DNA of 64,000 nt, from NCBI GenBank assembly GCA_965287045.1, contig OZ336881.1:22444001-22508000 (forward strand). Direction: 5' to 3'. A program made the translations under genes and the position numbers. The stretch is from Carcharhinus amblyrhynchos. Its lineage: Eukaryota. Under the pieces are notes generated by a model. That model was not told the DNA's origin. It did no database searches and worked only from the letters and a program-made list of their open reading frames with translations. Within the stretch, counting starts at the first letter, position 1, and each line of letters begins with the position of its first letter. This document shows, piece after piece, positions 24,850 to 38,104 of this stretch.

Positions 24850-26900
24850 AGCCATGCCATTACTGACCTTGATCAGGGCCAACACTTTGGGCCCAAATTG
24901 GAGATGTGCTCCAGGGAAAACATCCACCAAAAAATACCAATATTAAATATTTTAAAAATAATCAACAACTAAATGATGATCAGTGAAATATCAGGATTTT
25001 GTCCAATTTCAATTAAAACCTCAACAAAACTTTGCAAGAATTCATGAATCAGTTCAGCTGGTGATTGCTCCATAATTCCAACATTTCTGAATCCATTCAC
25101 AGCAAATTCATGTGTGCTTACACACACTGACGTACTGGATTTACAATGGCCTTCCTATTCTTACATCCATGGTCATTAAGTCTCCAAGCTTCAGCACTGC
25201 AATTTCCCCCAGCTTTCTGAATGCAACTTTTAGTAACCTAGTAAAATTCTGCATCCAGTCACTGACACAGTTTGATGAGAAGTCCTGGCCTCATAGCTGA
25301 CATCATATTTGCTCATTATATCATGCATTAAACTGTCCAGCATGTGACAGCTTAGATGTTAAAAGAGCTCTAGAATTAATTGTGTTTTTGGTCCACAACA
25401 TTCTAAATGCAGTTCAACATCACAGCATCTTTAATCCAGCATTTCACATTGTACGCAACACTGGTGATGGCAATTTTTCACATGACAGGCTTTTGGTTTA
25501 TAAACGACATTAGTTTTAAGTCATTATCTTGGGCTAAACATGCCAGTACCAACACTGAAGCTGGTTTGATCACTGAGTTAAAAGCTCCACCATTTTGTTT
25601 TGGTGCAGCCAGATTTTCTGCAATCTCATTCAAGTTTCCAAAGTTTTGGAAACGAAGATTCAACTTTTTAATGGAGATAACGGCTACCCTGATCATTTCA
25701 TGCTGTATATCATGAAAACTCATGAACGGACTTAAGGTTGGTACTTTTGGCCCTGAAACATACCCAGTCAACCTCAGATTCAACCTTTGTTAGCTTAAAT
25801 ATATTAGAAGCCCAATGCATTGGAGGTGCTTCTGGGCTGCAAAATTATACTTTCAGAATGGAATTATCCAAGCTGATTTTGACAGCATCCCATGATGTGA
25901 TAAGAGGACTGCTGCCACATGAGCAATATGGTTGTGCTCCTGTTAGGATAGAGGCACTCTGTTAGGGACTTGTAAAAGCCTATATTTTCTTCTGTGAAGG
26001 TCTCTTTAAACACAAAATAAAAAGAGAATTCTGGAAAGGGATTAATTGAACTTCTTGGGCATGACATTATTTCAGAGAAGTTAATCTCTGGCTGAGGTTA
26101 CAGAGATCAGAGCTATAAAAAGCGTAAAAAGGGTAAACGCAAATTGGAGTGGTGTTAGATTCCAGCCTGCTCTGCTGCAGCAGATTTAGTTGCAAATAAA
26201 AGACACAAATATAGATCCTAATAAAAAAGCAGGGAGAAGTCTCTCAGAATAGGACAAGGACCATTAAACTAGGGGTGCAAAGCAGCTGGGTGATGAGTTG
26301 TGGCAGATGGTATACGAGGCCAAAAAGACAGAATCCGAAAGCTGAGCATTTTAGGGGCCTGTGGAAATTGGGCATGGTCAGACCGGTAAGTCCAAAGAGA
26401 CTTTAGGTCTACCTTTTGCATGAGTAAAGGAGCTGAATCTTCATCTGGAAAATAAAAGGCCTGTGGGAGTATAATGCCATAAAAGCTGGGGGGTACTTAG
26501 TTTGTATCACGTACTTTTGTTGCATCAACCATTTAGGGTGAAATTTATCTTTTTTTGAACAGTCATTCACCTGTTATTTAATGTTTGAATTATGTTTATT
26601 TTGCTTTGATTGTTAAAGTTTCAAAAGTAAAATCTTGTTCATTAGTTTCTTTCCATTGGCATTGCGGGGATTCAATACTTTTAATAAGTTATCAGTCTCT
26701 ATAGGGATCATAACATTGATCAGTATTCATCTGGAAGAACATAGGTGCTGATGAACATTGGCAAGAACAGATTACTCATGACTGCTCGTTCTATTTGGAA
26801 AACGTGATAATGTAAATCCTGAATAGGAACTGTATGTATCCAGTGACTGATGAATTATGTAATTCATACTCATGTATCATTGCCTATTTTAGAGTAAAAG
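24850..26900 (+). pseudogene. ancient hAT (Charlie/Buster, GTF2IRD2-like) transposase relic, split by an LTR-like insert
   Basis: Collinear frameshifted peptides DIIFAHYIMH, LELIVFLVHNILNAVQHHSIF, WKRRFNFLMEIT, CFWAAKLYF, LIELLGHDIISEKL, LLVLFG and VTDE resemble HCIIH / VVKSVNWI..GLNHSEF / LKRFF..LEEI / AFLAKL / VIDLQCN / ILSMFGS / LTD, judged by eye. Confidence 0.5.
26087..26715 (+). mobile_element. LTR-like insertion within the hAT relic
   Basis: TATAAAA near the 5' end, ends in ...ggatcataaca, flanked by ttaatc/ttgatc; transposase similarity resumes after it; no clean 5' TG. Confidence 0.45.
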
Positions 26901-29484
26901 CAGAAGAAAAACGTAGCACAAGATAGAAAGTTCAAAGAACTCACTTTTCACCCGTGGCGCAATCTAGCTTGACCTGTATAAAATAATCTTTTGAGTACTT
27001 TTAAATTGGACTAAGACAATCCTTGTAATGACCGTCACATGAAAAATATAAGTAGAAAACTAAACAAATATTTTAATTGTTGCTATCAGGCTAACCAACA
27101 TTCTACCCTTAGTTCATATACAGGCCTTGACTGGAATTCTTGGCAACAATAAGATTTTGACTGCTATCCTACCCAGCTAGAATACTGCAGGTTTCATAAG
27201 ACTCGGGTTGATTGAACCCAGGAGGTATAGCTGGGTGGAAGCAGTTAAGCTTATTAAATTGCATAACATCACCAATTGTCATTGCAGACATAGCAACATG
27301 CCATCGCGTGTGGACGGCACAATGTCATTGCTAACCACAGCTGTTATCCAAATTGCCAGATGTCTTCAACAGGCATAACAATTGATGATTCACAAATGAA
27401 CACTGCAACTCCTACATATCCATAAGAACTCAAATTGCCCATATCCTGAACCCTCTAACGTAAGGCATCACTGAACTAAAAAGTTAAAATCAAATGGTAT
27501 AAATTGCAACCTTTAAATTTTGAAACTAAGTACATTTTTATAGACAATTTACTTCCTTTAAAATAAATTTCACTTAAAAATTTGAGAAATAATTCTCTTG
27601 ACAGGACACAATTAAAAGTGTCAAAGTAGGTAAAGGACTTGGTGTAAATAAAAGTTTAAAGGTTACATGTGTTGCAGTATCAGCTTATTTTGCCATAAAA
27701 ATTTACATGCTAGAAAAAAGGATGTTCTAATTCCTATGTGGTGTTTAATTCATCCGACCTGATACTCATAGCTACTGTACTGTAAAAAAATCTAATAGCA
27801 TCATTATGCTCTCTCAAATGGCTCTGCTGCACAATCTAAATGTACTAAGCAAAATTTCAGTATCCCATCTGTTTTCTCTTTGTGCATCACTACTCATCTA
27901 TACCCACAGCCAAAACCAGTCACCAAAAATAATTAACGCCATTATAGCAACACTGAGTGCTGATCACAAAAGATATTGCTACAGTGTCACTGTTCACCAA
28001 TCATGAACATAGAGAGCTACCGATTCAATTTTATATTGTGCACATCTTCAATTAATTTAATCAGCTGGAACACTGGGATAATAGACCAATCCAATATTTA
28101 TAGAAAAAACGCATGCTGCTTCTATACATGAGAGTATGATTGCATTGGCGAGGCTGAGCTGACAGCTCTCATCATTTCAACCAGTTGCTGATCTGTTTGA
28201 ACAAGATCTGCTAGTTCCTTTCAGATCTCCAAACCACTTCATAATAACACTGATAGGTTACTTCCAGCATCTCATTTCCATCTTACTTTTCAACATTCAG
28301 GAGAAAGCAACAAAAATATTTGATGATAAATAGAGAGAAAAGATATTTGGTTTGTAACAGCATGAATATATAGGCCCAAATGGACTGTGGAGAAAATACA
28401 GCAAATCCAATTCCTGACTAATGAATACTGGCTGCCATGGACACAGAGCAGAAAACAAAATGATGTGGTATTGTTTGTACTCCTTAGGCTTTAATTATTA
28501 TTTTTAAACAAAGTAGCCTTCTGGGAATTTGACAAATTACCACCCCCAACCACCCCCCCCCTCCAAAAAAAGAGTGCTCCTCCTAAACAAGAACAGAATA
28601 AAACATTTCCATAAGTGACAGGATCCTTATCTGTACTGAAAGATTGATAAGCACACCTCCCAACACAGTTTGTGACACACAGGAAATGAACTGAAAGGAA
28701 TCATGACAACTTATTCTCCAGCAAATGAACAGGATAAAAATTAACTCTTTGTTAGCAGTGCTTGCTACACAATACAGTGCTTTCTATAGACTACATGCTT
28801 GAATTAATTTGATATGAGAAGATATTATACTCTCCTAAGAACGTGAAATACAAGGAATATTCCTTAAACACAAGCCAGGTGAATCTTCCAGTTTAGTTTC
28901 AAATCTTCCCAACTTCGATCTTTTTGATTTGAGCATGAGCTCTCACCCACATTCCTGTGCAGTAATCCACAGGCTTTCAGCCTCTGACTGCTCTTCCTCT
29001 CCCAGATCCTGTCAGCCTAACTGTGCCAATGAGTTTTCAGGGGAAACTAAGAAACCAGTCTCCTTTGAAACCCCATCACAGTGGCAACTTTAATCACATG
29101 GACCTTGAATCTGGGTAGAAATACTAATTAGCTATCAATCAGTTCCCAACTCTCTCTAATCTTGGAAATAAATGGACAGTTAAAACTTTTAACTGTTTAC
29201 AATCCAACATTCTCAACACCTTCCTGAAATTTTGGAGACTAAAATCTAGTCATCTTAAACACAGGTGCTAGTTCTATTGTGTCTAAGTGTTGCTACATCT
29301 TCTTTCCAGCAAAAAAGGCCTCCCTTTAATCATTAATAGCCACATTACTCAGGCCTGTTGTTAAGCAGAGTTCAAAACAAAAGGTTATATGACTTCCTTC
29401 ATTATACTCCAGATTAAAGACAGTCCCAGACGATTTTACGAATCTCATATTTGTAACAGTTAGGAAAATAAATTCTGTTCTTTG

Positions 29485-31610
29485 CAGGCAAGAGCATGAA
29501 TCGCCAAGTCTGTCTGGAGCCAGGGAAAAGGACAGTTCCTCAGGGCTGGAGAGAAAATTGGGAGTCAGAGGGGAAGGATCCAGTTGTCGCGATGCATGTA
29601 GGTACCAGCAAAACAGTCAGGGCTAAGAGGTTCTGCTGAGAGAGAACAAGCTGCAGGGGTGAAACTGAAAGCACAACAATTATCTCTGAATTACTACCTG
29701 AGGCATGAGAAAATTGGTACAGCACCAATATCAGAGAGTGTATGACTCAAAGATTGGTCGGGAGAAGGAGGTTTTGATTCATGAGGCATTGGCACCAGTA
29801 TTAGGAAAGAGACAATTCGACTACCATGACCATCCTCACTTGAACCACTGGCACCAGTATTCTGGTGAGAGCTGCTGAGAGCTTAAATTTAAAAATGTAG
29901 GGGGAGGATTCTGGTGATGGAAGATTTGGAAAGTGCAAGAAAAAGGACACAGTGGGTAACAAAAATATTGTCAGAATAGGGAAAACAAGATTTAATCTAA
30001 CAGAGGATTTGGGTGAAGGGCAATTTGGAAATCTAATAATAGTTGAGGCAGTATGAAAGATATATTGACTTAGGTAATGAGAAGCTGAGTGGGACATCAA
30101 TGGGAAATATTGTGACAGAGTGTCAGGTCCATGTCTGGAATAGTAGCAAAAACAAAACTGAAGATATGTTTATCTGAATGTGTGGAGTATCCGCTGTATG
30201 ATAAAGGAACTACAGGCATATTTAGAGATAAATGGTTGATATCAGTATGCAAACACAGAGAATTGGTTACAAGGTGACAAAGGTTAAGAATTAAATATTC
30301 CAGGATAGACAACACTTCAAAAAATACAGGCAGAATGGAAAAGGAGGAGGTGCAGCACTGATATTAAAGGAGAATAGAAGGATAACAGTAAGAAAGGATC
30401 TTGGCTTAGAAAATACAGAAGCAGAATCGGTATGGATGAAGATTAGAAATAGCAATGCTAAGAAAATGCTGATGGGAGCAGTTTCTAGCCTTCTAACAGT
30501 AACTGTGCCATTGGACAATGCATTAAACCAAAGAAAATTGGCGCTTGTAATAAAGGCACTGAAAAAGTTGTGGGGAAATTAAAATCTCAACATGGAGTGC
30601 ACCAATCAAATTAGCAAAGGTGATCTGGAAGATGAGTTTGTAAAATCTTTTTGATTTGATTTGGGCAGTTTCCTGAAGCAATGTGTACTTCACCTAGGAA
30701 TAAAGCTATTTAGATCTAGTACTGTGCAATGAGACAAGGTTAATTAGTAAAATCACAGGAAAGCATAGTAATCATAACACACATTAATTTTGAAAACATT
30801 ATCCAATCACAAACAAGAATCTTAAGTTAAGTCAAAGTCAATTACAATTAGACTAAAAAGGTACAGTGATAAACACTGTAAAATAGTTAAAGAAACAATT
30901 CAAAGCGTTCAACTAAAATACATTCCAATGAAAAATAAATCTTAGCCAGAATGATTCATCCATGGTTAAGGATAGTATCAAATTAAAAAGACATCTGTAA
31001 CTTTTCAAAGTAATTTTAGAAAATAGAGGATTGGGAATGTCTTAGAAAGCAGGATAGGACCACCTATCAAGAAATTGAGAAAAATGACAATAAACTGGCC
31101 AGGAATACGAAGACAGATAGAAAAAGCTTTTGCAAGTATATAAAGCCGAGGCAATTAGTTTAAAATAAATATTTTCCCTTATTGACAGGAACAGCGGAAT
31201 TTATCATGGGAAATAAGGAAATGCAGGAACATTGAGCAAATATTTTGTGTCTCTTCTACTGTAAAGACAAGTTACATGCCAAAAACAGAAGGTAGCCTGA
31301 GGGCTAATAAGAGTTAAAACATTAAGGTAATTAACATGGGTAGAGAGAAGTTCTTGAGAAACTAAGGGATCTAAATCCAACACATCCCCAGGACTTTGTG
31401 ATCTATATTCTAAGATGCTCAAAGCAATAGCTGCAGATAAACGGAAGTGCTGGCTTTCATTTTCCAGAATTACCTGGAATCGTCCAATCAAAATCAAAGT
31501 TGGCAAATGAAACACCACATTCAAGAAAGGAGGAAGAGAGAAAATAGGAAACTACTAGTCAGTTAGGCAGACACTGATCATTAGAAATTTGCTGGAATCC
31601 ATTTTTAACG
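29485..31610 (+). mobile_element. old CR1 LINE (ORF1 esterase remnant + endonuclease half of ORF2)
   Basis: Parallels 45150-47280: gagggg..gatccagttgtc..gcatgtaggtacc, ctgaagatatgtttatctgaatg, and so on. Confidence 0.8.
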
Positions 31611-31754
31611 ATTTCCCTAATGAAAAACCCTGTTGATTTGTTCTAATCAAACAATGATTTTCTAAATGCATTACTAAGACTTGTCTAAAAATGGAAAACA
31701 AATGACATTGTAATGATGTACGCTCATACACTTCGTCAGGAACATAAAATATAT

Positions 31755-32716
31755 TAACAAGGAAAAACTGTACAAAGGATGGCAGCTTCCAGCTGCCCCA
31801 GTCCCTACATGTTTTCTACATGCTTTCTAGATGTCTTCTGCCCAAGATAGGACACAACTGCCTGAGATAATTACCCATTCAGAACATTTACCCAATATAA
31901 GTACAAAAATATTCCAAGTTTAATTAAATGTTAACTTATAATTCCAGCCTTCTAAGGATGGCTGACTTATGAGCAATTTCTAATCATATTACTATAACCT
32001 AATATGTAATCTGAGAACGTGCTTTAGGATATTGGTCTGTAGTTTGCTTCTGTACAATGACCCATCATATCTTGGAGTGGAGAATATTAAGCATGAGAAA
32101 TAGGAGGCAAAGAAGACTTTGAGGCCTGTGGACCAGCTCTGCCATTCATCACGATCATGGCTGATCTTAAGTTTTAACTCCACTTTCCTGTTTGCCTTCC
32201 ATATCTCCTTGATTCCTTGAGAGACCAAAAATCTTTCTACTTCAGCCTTAATGTATTCAATGGTGCTGCATTTACAACCTTCTGAGCTGGAACATTCCAA
32301 AGATTGCCAATCCTTTGAGTGAAGAAATTTCTCATCATAGGCCAATTCTCTCCTCCCAGGGACCAATCTAATGAACCTTCACTGCACAGCCTTCAATGCA
32401 AGTGTATCCTTTTTTTAAAAATATAGATCTAAATTGCTCAGTCTTCAAGTTGTGGTCTCACCAAAGCCTCATACAATTGTAGCAAGACTTCCACATTCTT
32501 GTACTCTAATCCTCTTGCAATAAAGGCCAGCAAACCGGTGATGACTGTCCCTTTAAGGGCAACATAGCAGAAGAGAGTCACTTTGGGACTGAATGGGTAA
32601 TTATCTCAGGGAGTCGTGTCCTATCTTGGGCAGAAGACATCTAGAAAGCATGTAGAAAACATGTAGGGACTGGGGCAGATGGGAGCTGCCAGCCTTTGTA
32701 CAGCTTTTCCTTGTTA
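31755..32716. repeat. 128-bp inverted duplication (31755-31882 / 32589-32716) bracketing a minus-strand CR1 3' end
   Basis: Direct comparison gives about 6 mismatches in 128 bp. Confidence 0.9.
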
Positions 32717-32721
32717 TCAAG

Positions 32722-33995
32722 GAAACTGCCTTGATATCAAGGGCTGTTTTTCTCACCTCACTTCTGCCTTTCAGCCTTTTTGTCCGTATTTGAATCAAGG
32801 CTGTAATGAGGTCAGGTGCTGAGTGTCAAACTGAATATCCATGAGCAGGTTATTGCTGAGTAAGTGCAATAATCAAGAGCAGACAGATGGGCCGGTAATT
32901 GGCTAGGTTGGATTTGTCCTATTTCTTGCGTACAGAACGTACCTGGACAATTTTCCACATTACAGCATTTGACTGAGTAACATCACGGAGCTGTAGCAAA
33001 ACTGGAGTAAATGGGAATCGGGGGAAAACTCTCTGCTGTTTGGAGTCATATCTGGCTCAAAGAAACTTGGTTGTGATGGTTGGAGGTCAATTGTCTCAGC
33101 TTCAGGATATCACTGCAGGAGTTCCTCAGGGTAGTATCCTAGGCCCAATTATCTTTAGTTGCTTCATCAATAATGTCCCTTCCATCATAAAGTCAGAAGT
33201 GAGGATGTTTGTAGGTGACTGCACAATGTTCAGCACCATTCATGACAACTCAAATACCAAAGCAGTCCATGCCCAAATGCAGCAACACCTGGACAGTATA
33301 CAGGCTTGGACTGAAAAGTGGCAAGTAACATTGACACCAGGCAAGTGCCAGGCAGTGACCATATCCAGCAAGTGAGGATTGAACCATCACCCTTAACATT
33401 CAATGGCATTACCATCACTGAGACCCCATGATCAACATCCTGGGAGGTTACCATTGACAGAACTGAATTGGACTAGCCATATAATTACTGCGGTCAAAGG
33501 CCAGGAATCCTGAAGCAAGTGAACTCACTTCCTGAGTTCACTACCTGCCCCAAATTCTGTCCACCAAGGCACAAGTCAAGCTGTAATGGAATACTCTTCT
33601 CTTGCCTGGATTAGTGCAACTCCAACAATAGTCAAGAAGCTCAGCACCATCCAGGGCATTGCCGGATAAATGCCAATGCTGCACTGGAACAGCTTGGCTA
33701 GGGGTACAGCAAGATCTGGAGCACAGGTCTTCAGCACTACTTCAGAATATTGTCAGGGCCCATGGCCTTTGCAGTACCCAGTACCTTCAACTGTTCCTTG
33801 AATCAAGCTGGCTTAAGTCTTGCATCTGTCATGTGTGGGACCTCAGGGGGAGACCAAGATGGAATATCTACTCAGCACTTCTGGCTGAAGATGAGTGCAA
33901 ATGTTTCGTACTGATTTGCTGAGTTTTCCCATCATTGAGGATGAGGTTGTTTGTGGAGCCTCCTACTCCAGCTAGTTGTTTAATTGTCCACCACC
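32722..33995. mobile_element. CR1-clade LINE RT fragments in alternating orientation
   Basis: + strand GVPQGSILGPIIFSCFINN..MFVGDCT (33040-33375), flanked by minus-strand pieces of the same type. Confidence 0.75.
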
Positions 33996-35029
33996 ATGAG
34001 CTAAGACGTAATCCACTGGCTGTGGTGCTTGCAAACCTTTCATTTTCCTGGACGCAGTTGTGTTAGCGATTTTATAAATAACAAGAGATTATGTCAAATA
34101 GCATTTTCAAGGAACCAGCACAGTGGTTCTTGTAACATAGTGACAGTAACATATGAGAGATGTCTTAGGATGAGGAGCAATGGAAAAGAAAATCCCTAAT
34201 ATGGAATCATTGTTTGTGGTCCTGGCTTCTAAAAGCATTGGGCTAGAAGAGTACACCCACTGAAAGATAGTCCTGAGACTGTGGGGAGAGGGGCAGGAAA
34301 AAATTGGAAAAGAGATCTTAAGGCTCACTTGAATTAGGTTTAAGAATGCCAAGACAGGGCTGACAGGGAGTACAGCTTTAAGAATGGCTACGAGGGAAAA
34401 GTGGCTTTGAGGAAAGGTGGGTTTTAGCAACCTTGTGTGTTTGAGGTCCAGAAAGCTCAAATTTGAAACTACAAAGCCCAGACCTCCCACCGCAATACTA
34501 CCCGTCAGCCTCCTCCCACTACTGCATCCCCCAAAGCTAGATGTATCTGTAATTGTGTTTTTGGGGTCATGTTAAACATGCATCTCAATATCAATTAGCC
34601 AGAAAATTTTCCTGCTCTGTCTAGTTAGTGTCTTTCAGAAATTGGCTGCATTTATTTACAACATATTGTTGGGTTGGACTATATTTCTGACCATTGGAGG
34701 CCCACTGTGAAGAGACTCATGATCTTTATTGTCATTGTCCAACAGGAAAGCAAACTTAAAGCTTCTATGGTTGAACAGCATGACTGAAGGTGGTGGAAAA
34801 CAAGTGGGAATGATGAAACAGCGATTTGACAAAATGCACAAAGCGGAGCTATAACTAATTTTGTGAAGATTGTGTGTTATCTGGTGTCATGCATTTGTAA
34901 TTATAATTATCTTGGCTGATGAAAGGAAAGACTTTAACACTCTAATTAGTGGGCTAATTACTTATTTGAAATTTTAGTTTTATCCTTCTTCTGGAATTAA
35001 CAAAAATTCTTTAATCCAGAATGAAAGGG

Positions 35030-35620
35030 GCCAACAAGTTGTATTTACTGCAATAAAATGTCCCATGCTGCTTCACAGGAACATTATAGAACAAAATATG
35101 AAATACATTAAGGAAATATTAAGTCAGATGACCAAAACCTTGTTAGAGAGGATTTCAAGGTGTGGCATGAAGGAGGAATGTAAGGTAGAATGGTGTGGGG
35201 AGGATATTCCCAAGCAAGGGCAAGGCAACTGAGGGTATGCCCATCAGCAGTGCTGTCATTCAAATCAGGGACGCTCAACAGGCCAGGTTTGGAGAAGTGC
35301 CGCTATCTCAGAAGCTTGAGGTTGGAGGACATTACAGAGATAGGGAAGGGAGAGGTCATTAAGGATTTTGAGAACAATGATGAGAGATTAAAGCCAGAAT
35401 TTTCCAGTCCTTCACGGCAGTGGGATCTTTGGTTCCTGCTGGTTTGAACAGAACTTTCAATAGCTCGTGGGCCTCCCGGATTGACAGCTGGAAAATTGTG
35501 GCCTTAAAATGCAAACATACTTGACCAGGAGCCAATGCAGGTCAGCAAACACAATGTGATAGGTAAACAACATATGATAGGTAAACATATGTTGCAAGTT
35601 AAGACATGGGACAAAGTCAA
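35030..35620 (-). mobile_element. old L2-like LINE 3' fragment
   Basis: Pattern caacaagttgtatttac...aaaatgtccc..gcttcacagg...ggagccaatgcaggtcagc is typical of antisense L2 tails (recognition only). Confidence 0.45.
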
Positions 35621-36754
35621 AGCTACAACTTTAAAGGAAAAAACATTTCTTAAAATTGAAAATGGGAAACAAGGCATGATACTGCTCAATGGTCTCCAAG
35701 TGTAGGGAGGCTAATATATCAGGCAATTAGTAAGGAAGTGCTGTTAACAAACCAGTGGGTGCTTGTGTGTGTGATGGTCATAGATTTTAAAAGGACTAAT
35801 TTGCAGGGCTATCACGAAAAGGTTGGGACGTGAAACTGCATTGAAAAACCCTAAGAGATGGCATGGGTGTGATGGGCCAAACAGCCTCCTGCTGAATTGC
35901 AAGATTCCATGATTCAGCATATACATAGGGCTCCACTGTAACTTCACTGGGCTGGAACCTCATTGCAGGGACACCTGCTGTACAGTATTCTGGTGGCTCT
36001 CAAGGTCTTATAACGACTGTAGCAAAACTTTTTATTGCATGGGGTTTGGAGTCCATGAATAATAAAGGATAATAACAGCACTTTGCCTTCCAAATTGCTT
36101 AATGTATCCAGTTACTAACTTTGTATTTCTTGTTCAAGTACATCCAAGTCTCCCTGAGCAACATTTCAAAGTTTTGTGCTTTTAAAATATATTCTACTTT
36201 TTTTAAAATTATGACCAAAGTGAATAATACTTCCCCAGATTATACTGCAACTGCCATCTTCCTGACCATTTGCTTAACCTGTCCATATCTCTTCATAGCC
36301 TTTTATGCACTCTTCAGCTTACATTCTCAAGCAACTTTGTTTCAACAACAAACTTGTATCCGGTACAGTTGGTATCTTCGTCCAACTTTATTAATATAGA
36401 TTGGGCCCACAGGAATCCCATGGCAACACCATCTATTTGGGCATAGATGTTGTGGTGAAAACGCAACTACAGAAGCAACTGCAGGAGTCGCTGAATTTTT
36501 AAGTTCAATGAATAGATTCAGACAATGGTGATGCATCAGATAACTATAACAACGATGCAATGTAAGTATCTTTGGCTTCCTTGAGAGATAGTGGTTAAAA
36601 GACTTGCAATGTTGAACAATCACACGGACAAACAGGATTGCTATCAATATATAAACCTTTATACAAGACTGAAGTAGAGACCATAAAAGACATCCCCTGC
36701 AGAATAAAAGCTACTCTGATCAGAGAATTGCTTGCTGAATATTGTACAAACTCA

Positions 36755-37070
36755 AATGGGTGTGATGGTAGGTATGCAGGTTGTACATCCTACTGACTGG
36801 CAGATCACATTCAACAGTACATCCCTTTGATCTGCCTGCTTTGAATTTAAACAAACATTAAATTGTTCCTAGTGCATTCTCCATGGTAATGCCTCTACCA
36901 AGGTCCACTTGCCAACCAATCAGCACTCTCTTCTCATGCAGAAGAGACTGTTGTTCCTTTTACTATTGGTATTCTTGTCAACTATCCTGATGGATGCATA
37001 GCGAAAAGCTTCAACAGCATGTCCCTTTTTTCAATGATACTCAAGTTCTGTACTACCAAATAACTATTTC
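36755..37070 (+). mobile_element. PLE relic: GIY-YIG fragment, 3' UTR and decayed hammerhead (36983-37016)
   Basis: CDGRYAGCTSY*LADHIQQYIP resembles the YxGxT..L..RI.QH motif; tatc-CTGATGG-atgcatagc-GAAA-AGCT-TC-aaca. Confidence 0.6.
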
Positions 37071-38104
37071 TTTTAATATATGTTTACATGATTTGTATGT
37101 AATCATTCCATCAGACGTGTATGGCTCTTTTGAACTTGAAACAATGAACTTTTACACATTTTCACCTCTTAATTGAGAATATTTTGTTTCTTTCCTTAAG
37201 ATGCATAACTAGCACCTAATTACTAGTGTTTTGATAGAATATTCAATACCACTCACGGCATCATCCTCCTTGCTTCAAACTGTCATTAAAAGCTATTAAA
37301 ATGTCCTTTCCTCCAGGCCCTTGCAATGTCTCTGTTAACAATACAAATGTCATTAACAAAGATGCAGATTGCTAGCTTTTACAGCCATCAGGTCAAGTTT
37401 TAGCTCATTCATGCTGGACAGCAAATTGGTTTACTGCTCATGAAATTGTAGGCTTCATTCTAGCCATTCTAGAATGGTACGAGAGCCAAATTAACCTGTG
37501 AAACACATCTCAGAAACATTTCCTGTTGCTCCAGTTATTCTGGACATTATCCAGTGCCTGTAGTCATTCAATTAAAAAATGTTTTCATGTGTCTCACTTT
37601 CAAAGTAAGAGTCAAGATTTTGACAGATATATCTTTTATGACAAATTTAGTCTGGTCACTATTGAGGAAATGCATCTCCCTTGCCGGCATAGACATCTCC
37701 CAAGTACACTTAAGTCTGAAAGATTCTGCCAACAAAGATCAGAAGTATAATTCACTACATAATAGGATATATATTAAGTTCTTTTCCCTAATCATTTACA
37801 GTTTGCCATCTTAAGGGAAGATAAAAAATCTACATCGCAAAAAGCAACATAAAATAACTTGCAGTCCTAGCAAATGTGGCCTCAGACTACAATAAATATT
37901 TAAATGTTCATACTGTACCCTAGTAAAACAGTACCCTGTATTCAATGACTCTGATTCCATGACGTGCCAAGTATGTTTATTTTAGGAAATGGTAAGGGTT
38001 CTAGATTTGGTGCGATGTTTCAAAATGTCAATTTTCCACCATTTGCAAGAATGAAGAAATAATAGAAAACCCTTTTACAGACTACAGCAATTTAAAAAGC
38101 AACA

